A stretch of DNA of 64,000 bases from Desulfovibrio sp. (GTDB lineage Bacteria > Desulfobacterota > Desulfovibrionia > Desulfovibrionales > Desulfovibrionaceae), in assembly GCA_031276485.1 (NCBI GenBank), contig JAISMY010000105.1, positions 11,378 through 75,377 on the forward strand, in the 5' to 3' direction. A model generated the notes under the pieces. That model did not search any database. It was given only the letters and a program-made list of their open reading frames with translations, and was not told the DNA's origin. The position numbers were made by a program, and so were the translations under genes. Shown here one piece after another: positions 49,584 through 58,862 of this stretch; within the stretch, counting starts at the first letter, position 1, and each line of letters opens with the position of its first letter.

Positions 49584-49907
49584 TCAGCGTCCGGCGAGAA
49601 TGTTGACCAGCCGGTAGACGATGCGCATGTCCTTGATGGGCAGTTTGGGAAGGGCGTCGGCCAGTTCGGCCAGAAGCTCCTCCCTGCTCCGTTCGTGTTC
49701 GGTTTCGAGAATATCCCGCAAAGGCAGGTCAAGTGCCTCGGCGATGTCGGTCAGGCATTGAACGGAGGCGTTGACGGTCCCCCGCTCAATTTTTCCCAAG
49801 TGCTTCACGCTCATTCCGGCCATTTCCGCCAGAGCGTCCTGGGAAAGCTCCCGGCTGACGCGCAGGGAGCGGATGCGCAGACCGAGGCTCTTGCTGATCT
49901 TGTCCAC
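49584..49907 (-). CDS. XRE-family HTH transcriptional regulator
   Basis: LGLRIRSLRVSRELSQDALAEMAGMSVKHLGKIERG; RBS AAGGAAG before GTG. Confidence 0.88.
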   Translation of the reverse strand: MDKISKSLGLRIRSLRVSRELSQDALAEMAGMSVKHLGKIERGTVNASVQCLTDIAEALDLPLRDILETEHERSREELLAELADALPKLPIKDMRIVYRLVNILAGR

Positions 49908-50063
49908 GTAACTTCCTTCTTTACTGAGAAAAAGGAAGTATACGCCATAAAATTTGCTTGGATAGAACCGATAAGCATTGACACCGCCTGAAACATAACC
50001 TATCAGTCTTTTCGGGAAGAGAGCGAAACGGAAAGATTGCAAACATAAAAAGGAGAGAAAGGT

Positions 50064-50801
50064 ATGAAACGCTTTTGGCAAATTTTTACGCTTATGGGTG
50101 TTTTGACCATGCCGGTATCCGCTTTTGCCGGAGAGCAGGCGGGCGTCTATTTGGCCCCGAAATTTATTTATGGTTTTACCATATTGGACGGCATGAAGAC
50201 TTCTTGGGGCGAAGGCGCAGATCCAGGCGTTAACTCCAACATAGGCAACGGCGACGACAGCGCTTTCGGTGGAGCCTTGGCGATAGGCTATGACTTTAAC
50301 CGCAAATTTCAAGTTCCTGTCAGAGCGGAGCTTGAGTATACTGCGTTTTCCGAAGTGGAAGAAGGCGTGAACAGAAGCTTTACGACTCCTATTAGCGGCC
50401 ATTGGTCGGCAAAACAAAAACTGCAGATACAAACGCTCTTTGTGAACGCCTATTATGATTTCCGCAACAGCACTGCCTTTACTCCATATCTTGGAGCCGG
50501 TGCAGGCATGTCTTTTATCACCACAAAAGCAAGATTTCGTGGTGATGACTATGATAACAATGAATCCACTTCCGGCTCTACAGGCTCAAAAACGGCAACT
50601 AATTTCGCTTGGAACATCGGTGCCGGTATTGCCTACGATTTCAATGACTACCTCAGCCTTGACCTCGGCTATCGTTTTGCTGGTCTGGGCGATGCCAAAA
50701 CTAACTGGGTAAAAAGCTCTGACGGTGATAACTGGGTGCGTAGCAAAACGAGTAATGTTTACATGCATCAGGTCATCACCGGTTTACGGATCAACTTCTA
50801 G
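50064..50801 (+). CDS. outer-membrane beta-barrel protein (opacity/invasin-like 8-stranded family)
   Basis: Signal peptide, RAELEY, NAYYDF, FTPYLGAG, LDLGYRF, terminal Phe; lower GC than flanks. Confidence 0.88.
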   Translation: MKRFWQIFTLMGVLTMPVSAFAGEQAGVYLAPKFIYGFTILDGMKTSWGEGADPGVNSNIGNGDDSAFGGALAIGYDFNRKFQVPVRAELEYTAFSEVEEGVNRSFTTPISGHWSAKQKLQIQTLFVNAYYDFRNSTAFTPYLGAGAGMSFITTKARFRGDDYDNNESTSGSTGSKTATNFAWNIGAGIAYDFNDYLSLDLGYRFAGLGDAKTNWVKSSDGDNWVRSKTSNVYMHQVITGLRINF

Positions 50802-51019
50802 AGCCTCTCACGGTTGAGCGTCACAGTCAGAGTTTCTTTAGATTACGCCAGATTCAGCGCGTAACGCGCCCGGCAGGCATCCGTTCGCGTGGCAGATATT
50901 ACGGGAGCGCTTATTGTTGAACATGCACATTCATTGAAAATAACGCCTGTAGGCGTTTCAAGCGTCCACAGAGCAGAAAGCGTTCAATAATAGCTGCTCC
51001 CGGTAATACTTGCGGTGAA

Positions 51020-51322
51020 TAATTGCATTTTCTGAATATCTCCAGGCACGGCAGGCTCAGGCAAACTCTCGCCAAAGGCTCGAATCCGGCGGTAGACCAA
51101 AGCGTGGTTGGTGTTGAGAATTTTTCCCATCGTCTGAAAAGAGCCTTTTGCCACGGCATAAAGCAGGACACAAAGCGCCTTTCTGGCCGCTACTTTTCGC
51201 TTGTGCGGGCATCACCTTCCCCTAAAGTTGCATCCGCACTCCTTGCAGAGAAAACACTGCTTGCCTGCCGCGATGCCGCCTTTAACCGTTTGCCCTGATC
51301 CGCATTTTTTGCATGTCGGCAT
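51020..51322 (-). pseudogene. IS1-family InsA-like transposase remnant
   Basis: MPTCKKCGSGQTVKGG...GKQCFLCKECGCNF zinc ribbon, in-frame TGA at 51212-51214, then HTH-like GKILNTNHALVYRRIRAFGESLPEP. Confidence 0.72.
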
Positions 51323-51539
51323 TGCCCCATCTCCCTTGTTGCTGATGGGAATATTCTGCCGAATATATATATTTTAGCCAACACTCGCAATCTTTTTTTG
51401 GGGCTGCTGCGTTGCCCTTTGAACGCCGTCTCCAATCACTTTTTAGGGATTGCGCTAACAGCGCGACCCCTGTATTGATATCGGCAACACGAATCCCCGC
51501 GCGAGGTCTTGGCCGGCCTGCCGATGCATGCTTTTTCGA

Positions 51540-51712
51540 CCGCTTAATACAGGAACGGCAAAATGCATGAAGCCGGCTTCTTCACCTGACGGAGAATGTT
51601 CGGCCTTTCGCCCTGCTCAGGCCGAGGCCCAGAATGACTACGCCTTTGTCATCCTGAGCATTTCTCCGAATCCATTTTGAGGTCTTTCAAAAGGATAAAT
51701 CAGCGTTTACCT
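51540..51712 (-). mobile_element. MITE-like repeat family A, degenerate inverted copy
   Basis: Contains the reverse complement of CCTCGGCCTGAGCAGGGCGAAAGGCCGAACATTC and ends ATAAATCAGCGTTTACCT. Confidence 0.8.
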
Positions 51713-51771
51713 GGTAAACTTTAAAACATAAACAAAAGACAGTATCCAGTCTACCTGGGAGATTGTGCCGA

Positions 51772-53967
51772 ATGAAATTGAATCGTATGGGGCTACAGGC
51801 CAAACTTCTCTGCATCACCATCATTCCAATGCTTCTGCTGCTCTCACTCCTTCTTTTCCTTTTCCACCGTACCGCGCGCAGTCAGGCGATGGACAAGGCG
51901 GAAGCATACGCGGAAAAATTGATTTTTCAGGAGGCCGGTCCATTCCTGGCCATGCTTAATGAAGGCTACGCGGTGAGCCGCAATCTGGCATCAACCGCCG
52001 CAGCCATGAAGGAGCAAAAAGTTAATGACCGCGGCCTGCTCATGGACGTGGTACGTCGTACTCAGCTCGCCAATATGGAATTTATGGGGAGTTGGGTCAT
52101 GTTCGAACCCAACGCCCTGGATAATGCAGATACGCGATACATACCTGAGAACAACCCTCTTTCCGTAAAAGACCTTTACGGTGAGAATGCGGACTATTCT
52201 CTGGCTTCTGCCGCCTCACATGCCGGGGCGGTAAGCATGTATTGGATTACCGACGAAAACGGCACAGGCGTAGTCCCCGTTCCAACAGGAGACGGCACCG
52301 GATACGATGACCCGTATTATTCTCTCGCCAAAAATTCCCGCGCAACGGCTTTCCCCGATGCCTACATGGACGAAGACTCCAACGCGCTGGTCACTACCGT
52401 TTCTTCGCCCATCTTGCTGGACGGCGTATTTTTGGGCGTTGCCGGAGTGGACATAAGCCTTTCACGACTACAGGAAAAAACAGCCGGACTTCGGCCTTTG
52501 GAAAGCGGTTTTTTGAACGTGTATTCGACCGGCGGCCTGATTCTGGCATCGCACGATGCCGCTCTCCCCGGCCGGCCCTTGCCCGACACGCTGCCCAAAG
52601 GTTTGCGCGACGCCGCGATTTCAGGGCAGAAGTATGTTTACATCGCCCCGGACGGCGCGGAAAACAAAGATTATCTGCACTTGATGATCCCTCTCAAGTA
52701 TGCGGACGGTCAAGCCGCCTGGAATTTTTATATCGGTCTGCCCCTGGACAAGTTACTGGCGGAAAGCGACACCGCTATATTCCACGGGGTCATTATAACC
52801 GTCTTCGGTTTGGCTCTGGTGCTGATTTTGATTGTCGCCATGATCCGCCATCTGGTCCGGAGTATCATAAGTACCATCGCCTGCGCCGACGTTATCGCCT
52901 CCGGCAATCTGGACGCCGTGTTCAGCATGGAGCGCGGAGACGAGATCGGGAAGCTGGCGGAATCTCTGCACCGCATGACGCAATGGATGCGCGCGTCTTT
53001 GGATGAATCACGGAAGCTGGCGGAGGAAAACGCGCATGCCAGGAAAAAGACGGAGGAGCATCTTGCGCTGATTGAGGCCAAGTCCAGGGAAGATGCCGCG
53101 CGCAACGTCAAGGTCGACGAGTTGGCCAAAAGTCTGGACGGCATTGCCGGAACCATCAAAAACGATGCCGCCGATCTGGTGACAAAAATTGACAAGGCCC
53201 GTGAAAACGCTCTCGCCACATATACAGGAGCGCAAAAAAGCAAAGAAGCGGTGGAGGACCTGACCGCAGCCTCAAATGCCGTCACACGGCAGGTTATCCG
53301 GTCCATAGACCAGGCCGCGGAGGCCGGGGAACAGGCCGCAACCGGCTTGGATGCACTGCGCGACGTAAACAGGTCGGTGCGGGACATTGCCGACAACGGA
53401 CGCAATTTGCAGGAAACTCTTTCTTCTCTGGATGAACACGGTAAAGGTATTTCCGACATTATGAAGGTTATTTCCGATATTGCGGACCAGACCAACCTTC
53501 TGGCCCTGAACGCCGCCATTGAAGCGGCCCGGGCCGGGGAAGCCGGGCGGGGGTTCGCTGTGGTCGCGGGCGAGGTGCGGAAATTGGCCGAAAAAACCTT
53601 ACTGTCCGTGCAACAGGTGCGAACGGTAACGTCCAGCATACAGTCAGCCGCCAAAGATTCCACTGCGGCAATGGATGAAGCCTTGCGGGTAATTACGGCT
53701 GCAGAGGCTGTTTCCGCTGACGCCGGGGAAGTGTTGCAGCGGATAGTTGAGAAAGTAGAGCAAAGTTGCGCTGAAGTCCGTGAAATAAGCAAGTTGGTTG
53801 AAAGCCAGTCCAAAGCCGGAGCTACCATAGTCAAAGTGACTGATTCTCTGGAAAATATAGCGCAGGACACCACAAGGGAAATGCTGGACGCAGCGGCAGG
53901 CATTCAACATCTGGCAGAACTGTCAGGCAATTTGGGCGTAACGACTCATTCGTTGCGGGAATTGTAA
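51772..53967 (+). CDS. methyl-accepting chemotaxis protein with dCache sensor
   Basis: TM-Cache-TM-HAMP; [38 protein letters not shown]. Confidence 0.95.
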   Translation: MKLNRMGLQAKLLCITIIPMLLLLSLLLFLFHRTARSQAMDKAEAYAEKLIFQEAGPFLAMLNEGYAVSRNLASTAAAMKEQKVNDRGLLMDVVRRTQLANMEFMGSWVMFEPNALDNADTRYIPENNPLSVKDLYGENADYSLASAASHAGAVSMYWITDENGTGVVPVPTGDGTGYDDPYYSLAKNSRATAFPDAYMDEDSNALVTTVSSPILLDGVFLGVAGVDISLSRLQEKTAGLRPLESGFLNVYSTGGLILASHDAALPGRPLPDTLPKGLRDAAISGQKYVYIAPDGAENKDYLHLMIPLKYADGQAAWNFYIGLPLDKLLAESDTAIFHGVIITVFGLALVLILIVAMIRHLVRSIISTIACADVIASGNLDAVFSMERGDEIGKLAESLHRMTQWMRASLDESRKLAEENAHARKKTEEHLALIEAKSREDAARNVKVDELAKSLDGIAGTIKNDAADLVTKIDKARENALATYTGAQKSKEAVEDLTAASNAVTRQVIRSIDQAAEAGEQAATGLDALRDVNRSVRDIADNGRNLQETLSSLDEHGKGISDIMKVISDIADQTNLLALNAAIEAARAGEAGRGFAVVAGEVRKLAEKTLLSVQQVRTVTSSIQSAAKDSTAAMDEALRVITAAEAVSADAGEVLQRIVEKVEQSCAEVREISKLVESQSKAGATIVKVTDSLENIAQDTTREMLDAAAGIQHLAELSGNLGVTTHSLREL

Positions 53968-54113
53968 AGGCAGGACCGACGGTTTTTCAACGTCAGGACC
54001 GTAAACACCGTCACGGAATCACGCGCCGGCGCGCGCCGGACGCGGACGGCCGCGCCGAGCCCCGAAATTCCGGGAAGAAAAACAGCGGATGCGCCCTGTG
54101 CCGTCAACATTGA

Positions 54114-54214
54114 AGGGAACCTCCAAAAACTGAATTTATGTCACATGCCGACCTGACAAATACTGAATTTACAACGCTCAATCCCGTCTGGAAAAGGGTT
54201 TTTAGAGGTTCCCT
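54114..54214 (+). mobile_element. MITE-like repeat family B (101 bp)
   Basis: 17-bp TIR AGGGAACCTCCAAAAAC / GTTTTTAGAGGTTCCCT; copies at 57040-57215. Confidence 0.88.
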
Positions 54215-54323
54215 GAAGTATTGACATGCCCTGCCTTCGGCGTATATGGGCCGCTAAGTAAATCACAGCGACAGGGCCTGTACATTTTTATAGTTGTTGT
54301 CCGTCATCGCGAGGTTGGAGAGT

Positions 54324-56156
54324 ATGTCTGCATCCTCCGTTCCTGAGCTGCAGAGTTCACCGGTCATCGACAGCATACTTGAGGCCGTCCCTGCGCCGAT
54401 CGTCTGCATCGACACGCAGGGAACAGTGCGTCTTTGCAACAATGCCATGCTGGACTTGATGCGCCTCAAGCGGGAAGAAGTCGTGGGCAGGCACATCGAC
54501 GAATGCGCGCCGGACAACCAGCTTACCTCCGTTCTGGAGACAAGAGAAGCGCAAACCTGGAGGCGCTTTTGCTTCGGCGACAGACCCTTCCTGATCAGCC
54601 GCCTGCCTCTCTATATCGACGGACAACCGGCGGGGGCCCTTGCCGGGCTGCACGAAATTTCGGAACTGGAGCGGATATCGAGCGAACTCAAGACCTTCCG
54701 GATTATGAAGGAGGAACTGGAGGGCATCTTTCAAGCCGCCATGGACGGCATCTGCGTTGCCGACGGCCAGAGCGTCATTCTGCGCGTCAATGCAAGCTGC
54801 CTGCGCATTACCGGGCTGAAAAAGGAGGAATTCCTCGGCTTCAGCACGCGGGACTTGGTGAAGAGCGGTTTTTTGCAACAGTCCGCTATCCTCAAGGTGC
54901 TTGAAAGCGGCGCTCCGTGCTCCATGTTGCAGACCGCCCGCAACGGGGCGCCGATCCTGATCAGCGCCAACCCCCTGCGCGATGCCGCGGGAAAGATCGT
55001 CCGGGTAGTGGCGGTGGTGCGCGACCTGACCGAGTTGAACCGCCTGCGCGATGAACTCAGGCAAGCGGACCACCTGAAAAACCAATATGAGAAGGAGTTG
55101 GAGCAACTCCGGCGTCACAACTTCGGCGCGACGGAGATCATCGCCAAGTCCGCTTCCATGCACGCCGTTCTGGATTTGGCAACCCGCGTCAGTTCGGTTG
55201 ATTCCACCGTGCTCATTCTGGGTGAATCAGGCTCGGGCAAGGAACGGATCGCCGACTTTATTCACAAACATTCCCAGCGCTGCGCCAAGCCCTTTATCAA
55301 AATCAACTGCGCCGCCATACCCGAACCGCTTCTGGAATCGGAACTGTTCGGCTATGTACGGGGAGCGTTTACCGGGGCCAACAGGGAAGGGAAAGTAGGA
55401 CTGATTGAAGCGGCGCACGGCGGCACATTGCTTCTGGATGAAATCGGCGACCTTCCTCCGGGCCTGCAGGTCAAGCTGCTGCGTGTTCTCCAGGAAAAAC
55501 AGACGCAACGCATCGGTTCGACAACTCCCTGTGCCGTGGATGTCCGCATTATAGCCGCCACCAACCGGGATTTGACCGAACGCGTAGACCGGAAGCTCTT
55601 TCGGGAAGACCTCTATTACCGCCTCAACGTAGTGCCCATCTACGTCCCTCCCCTGCGCCGGCGCAGGGAAGATATCCTCCCCATGGTGTACGCCTTCCTC
55701 GGCAGGCACTGCGAACACCACCAGCGCCGGCGCGAGCTGCATCCTTCCGTTCTCCCTCTGCTTCTGGACTATCACTGGCCGGGAAACGTGCGGGAACTGG
55801 AGAACCTCATGGAACGTCTGGTGGTCACCGCGCCGGGAGACATCGTCACCGTCAGGGATCTGCCGCGCGCGCTCCGCAGGCAATCCCTGGTTTTACCCGA
55901 GAGCATGCCTGCGGGGACGCAAACGCTGAAAGAAGCCCTGGAAAGAGTAGAAGCGGCGATCCTCAAGGATGCCCTTGCCAAATGCCGGAGTACCCGTTGC
56001 GCGGCCAAAGCGCTGGGGATCAACCAGTCCACCGTGGTGCGCAAGGCGAAGGCTTACGGATTGACGGTGCGCGGTGATGCGGGCGGGTACAGGCCCGGTT
56101 CTCCGCAACACGGATCCGGGCGCTTTGTTCCCGGCGAGGTCGGGGCTCAGGCGTGA
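54324..56156 (+). CDS. PAS-PAS sigma54-dependent activator
   Basis: Two PAS-like repeats, GESGSGKE, GAFTGA, WPGNVREL, TyrR-type HTH AAKALGINQSTVVRK. Confidence 0.93.
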   Translation: MSASSVPELQSSPVIDSILEAVPAPIVCIDTQGTVRLCNNAMLDLMRLKREEVVGRHIDECAPDNQLTSVLETREAQTWRRFCFGDRPFLISRLPLYIDGQPAGALAGLHEISELERISSELKTFRIMKEELEGIFQAAMDGICVADGQSVILRVNASCLRITGLKKEEFLGFSTRDLVKSGFLQQSAILKVLESGAPCSMLQTARNGAPILISANPLRDAAGKIVRVVAVVRDLTELNRLRDELRQADHLKNQYEKELEQLRRHNFGATEIIAKSASMHAVLDLATRVSSVDSTVLILGESGSGKERIADFIHKHSQRCAKPFIKINCAAIPEPLLESELFGYVRGAFTGANREGKVGLIEAAHGGTLLLDEIGDLPPGLQVKLLRVLQEKQTQRIGSTTPCAVDVRIIAATNRDLTERVDRKLFREDLYYRLNVVPIYVPPLRRRREDILPMVYAFLGRHCEHHQRRRELHPSVLPLLLDYHWPGNVRELENLMERLVVTAPGDIVTVRDLPRALRRQSLVLPESMPAGTQTLKEALERVEAAILKDALAKCRSTRCAAKALGINQSTVVRKAKAYGLTVRGDAGGYRPGSPQHGSGRFVPGEVGAQA

Positions 56157-56890
56157 CCGGCAAAACCGGCGCCGTCTTCCGGCTCGCGGCGCCGCTTGCC
56201 TACGGGCGCGCGCATCCGCGCACGCCGGGCCTGCTCCTTGACGGCGAGCAACGCATCGGGCGCTTTGCCGGTCATGACGTCCGCCATATTAAAAGCCGCC
56301 GCCAAAGCGGCGCCCGCCGGAACGACCTTGCCCGCAAGGCCGATCCTGTAAGCATCTACCGCATCAATGGGTTCGCCGAAGTACATCATTTCCAAAGCCC
56401 GCGCCGGTCCCACGACGTCGCGCAACCGGCAGCGACCGCCGGCAGCGGGAGACAGACCGAGAACGATTTCAGGACGGGAAAACACGGCTTTCTCCGATAC
56501 GATGCGTATGTCGCAGCAACAGGCCAATTCCAGCCCGCTGCCCATGCAATAGCCCTCAACGGCGCAAATGGTGGGTTTGCCTATAAACTCCAGGCTGTTT
56601 AATGCCGCCGCTTCCGGCGAAAATGCCCGGTTTGCCGGTCTCCCCGCCGTTTCCCGGCAACTTGTGATGTCGGATCCGGCGCAGAAAGACCTGCCGCCGG
56701 CACCTGTCAGGATCAGCACGCGAACCTTCGGGTCCCGCGCCAGTTTCTCCAGCGTCTCCCAGAGTTCCAGCAGGGAGGCGGGGCTGTTCAGGTTGAGCGG
56801 AGGATCGTTCAGAGTAACCAGTCCGACGGCGACGTCTATTTCGTCTACGAGGACAAAACGGTTTTTATATGTGAAGCTCACGGCTCTCAC
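56147..56890 (-). CDS. enoyl-CoA hydratase/isomerase family protein
   Basis: FCAGSDI, KPTICAVEGYCMGSGLELA..CDIR, PEI..G. Confidence 0.88.
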   Translation of the reverse strand: MRAVSFTYKNRFVLVDEIDVAVGLVTLNDPPLNLNSPASLLELWETLEKLARDPKVRVLILTGAGGRSFCAGSDITSCRETAGRPANRAFSPEAAALNSLEFIGKPTICAVEGYCMGSGLELACCCDIRIVSEKAVFSRPEIVLGLSPAAGGRCRLRDVVGPARALEMMYFGEPIDAVDAYRIGLAGKVVPAGAALAAAFNMADVMTGKAPDALLAVKEQARRARMRAPVGKRRREPEDGAGFAGHA

Positions 56891-56925
56891 CAAAATTTCC
56901 TTTAAGGTTTGCGGCCTCTGCCCTT

Positions 56926-57037
56926 AGAGCAATTCGGCATCGAAACCGCTCCGGCGGCCGCGTGAGGGGACGCCCGCCGCAGTCGGACTTACGCTTGCTC
57001 AGGCCGGCGCCCTCATTATGGGTTGATGCGAAAATTT
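56926..57037 (+). mobile_element. MITE-like repeat family C
   Basis: Ends AGAGCAATTCGGCATCGA / TTGATGCGAAAATTT; last 28 bp identical to 27467-27494. Confidence 0.55.
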
Positions 57038-57039
57038 AC

Positions 57040-57215
57040 GGGAACCTCTAAAAACTAAATTTATGTCACATGCCGACCTGACGAAGACTGGATTTACAAC
57101 GCACAATTCCGTCTGGAAAAGAGTTTTCAGAGGTTCCCTTATGTCACATGCCGACCTGATGAATACTGGATTTACAACGCTCAATTCCGTCTGGAGAAGT
57201 TTTTAGAGGTTCCCT
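57040..57215 (+). mobile_element. family B, one full copy (57040-57139) plus a 5'-truncated tandem copy (57140-57215)
   Basis: TATGTCACATGCCGACCTGA...AGAGGTTCCCT twice. Confidence 0.88.
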
Positions 57216-57238
57216 TAAGTGTCGGACGGTACTGCGGT

Positions 57239-58018
57239 CTATTCATAAAAATAAGGCGCCTGCTTGAATTGCCGCCAGGAGTGCATATCACGGCCGGCTA
57301 TGACGCGTACGCCCTGCGCATCGCGCAAGTGACGGATGCGCTGCATAGTCCGCTCGCAGTCCCCGAAATTCCAGGCCAGCCCGGGCGGAATGCGCCTTTC
57401 CAGATTTTCGTCTGTATAGCAGGAATCGGCGGCAAAGAAGAGTTTGCCGGTTTTGGGCAGGTTGACCAGCAGGGATTGGTGGCCGGGGGTATGACCTGGG
57501 GTAAAATAGATTACAAGACTGCCGTCGCCGAAAAGATCAAACACGTCGTCTTCCCAGCCGCGCAGGAAGTACCAGTTCACCGGCTTGTCGAAATCCTTCA
57601 TGATATAGACATTGCGCATGAAGGAGTCCGGGGCGTAGGCATAGTGGATCTCGTCCTGCTGTATGAGATACCTGGCCTTTGGAAAACGCCCGATCCCGCC
57701 GGTGCGGTCCGGATGCAGATGAGAAAGAATCACCCAGTCAATATCTTCCGGCCTGACTCCCAGGCCGCGCAGAGCGCTGACGCACCACTGTTCGGGAAGC
57801 ATGACGGGGTCATAAGCGGCAAGTACGTTGCCCCAGTGTTCCTTTTTGTTGTCCAGGATTTCCCGGGCATTGCCGGTGTCGAACAACACCTTGCCCCTGG
57901 GATGCTCAATGAGCAGATAGGGGACCGGGACTGTGAATTCCAGGCCCACATCCACCGCCAACGTAAAAAGATGCTTATAGGTACACAAGATTCCCGATTC
58001 AAGGCAATACAGTTTCAT
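57239..58018 (-). CDS. N-acyl homoserine lactonase-family (AttM/AiiB-like) MBL-fold protein with altered metal motif
   Basis: LIEHPRGKVLFDTG, SHLHPDRTGG, DLFGDGS, TPGHTPGHQS, AADSCY, GRD; RBS AAGGA. Confidence 0.85.
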   Translation of the reverse strand: MKLYCLESGILCTYKHLFTLAVDVGLEFTVPVPYLLIEHPRGKVLFDTGNAREILDNKKEHWGNVLAAYDPVMLPEQWCVSALRGLGVRPEDIDWVILSHLHPDRTGGIGRFPKARYLIQQDEIHYAYAPDSFMRNVYIMKDFDKPVNWYFLRGWEDDVFDLFGDGSLVIYFTPGHTPGHQSLLVNLPKTGKLFFAADSCYTDENLERRIPPGLAWNFGDCERTMQRIRHLRDAQGVRVIAGRDMHSWRQFKQAPYFYE

Positions 58019-58317
58019 TAATGTTTCCTTTACGGTTTGCAAACTCGCCCTTAAGGGAGATTTCCGGTTGATTTTCGGTGCGGCCGGGAATACCTTTCCC
58101 GCAACCCCGCGCCGGAAAACACCATCCACCCGGCTGCCGGCCGTCGAAACGGCATCGGCAGGCGGATGGAGACGACTGTGAGTTGGACTGTATTGTTGCC
58201 GCCTGACGGATACAGTTGATGCCCCCTTCCGCACACGGTCGTCCGCCCCCGGAGCCGTTGTGCGTCCCGCCGCCGGCTGGGGCGACGGTGTTTGCCGCGT
58301 CAGGCTGACCGGCATAG

Positions 58318-58334
58318 AGCAAACTTCGTGCCGT
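58318..58334 (-). promoter_or_regulatory. sigma54 (-24/-12) promoter
   Basis: Minus strand ACGGCACGAAGTTTGCT = GG-N10-GC with GGCAC and TTGC cores. Confidence 0.7.
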
Positions 58335-58429
58335 TGGGAAAATTACCCCGCCGTGCGCGCAAGCAGGTGAAAACACAGCTTTGTGCGTCGTGTGCCGGAC
58401 ATGAAAGGGATGCCGGGCGGAGCGTCTCC

Positions 58430-58635
58430 GATGCGCTTAAGCATCAAAAAAGATGAAACCGGGCGGTCTGCGCTGAAATGAAACAGCGCGCGGACTGATG
58501 TATTCCGGCATCGGTACGGCGCGACCGGATGAAAAAAACGGCGACGATTCCCTATTTTCGCAAAGGGAGACAACGCATCCGGGCCGGCGGGCGCGGTTGA
58601 AAACACCTTGTGAAGTTGCGATGCGTCCGGGCATC
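58430..58635. promoter_or_regulatory. three GATG-N8-CATC palindromes, candidate enhancer (UAS) sites
   Basis: GATGCGCTTAAGCATC 58430, GATGTATTCCGGCATC 58497, GATGCGTCCGGGCATC 58620. Confidence 0.6.
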
Positions 58636-58862
58636 CGGGGCAGGAGCGGGAGCGGCCGGCGCCCGCACGGGAACGCCGCGGACCGGCTTGGCTCCGCATG
58701 CCCCGGTATCCGCAGCCGCCCGCATGAGAAACCACGCTTTTGACATTCGCCGGCAGGGCGTGTAGGGGAAACCCGTCAAGTCTGTTTACGGTTACGCCTG
58801 CCGGTTCGCGCACGGCCGGCGCGCGTGCGGAGCGCGCGGTATACAACGATCGGAGAAAAAAT

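Noticed and set aside
49908-50432. Long N-terminal extension of the XRE ORF (282 aa in the track)
   Set aside because: Overlaps the beta-barrel gene antisense; the true start is likely GTG 49907 with an RBS.
51212-51214. In-frame TGA next to Cys codons as selenocysteine/readthrough
   Set aside because: Better explained by compensating frameshifts in a dead IS1 gene; no SECIS evident.
57040-57215. CRISPR-like periodic repeat
   Set aside because: Units are contiguous near-identical copies with no unique spacers; this is a tandem MITE.
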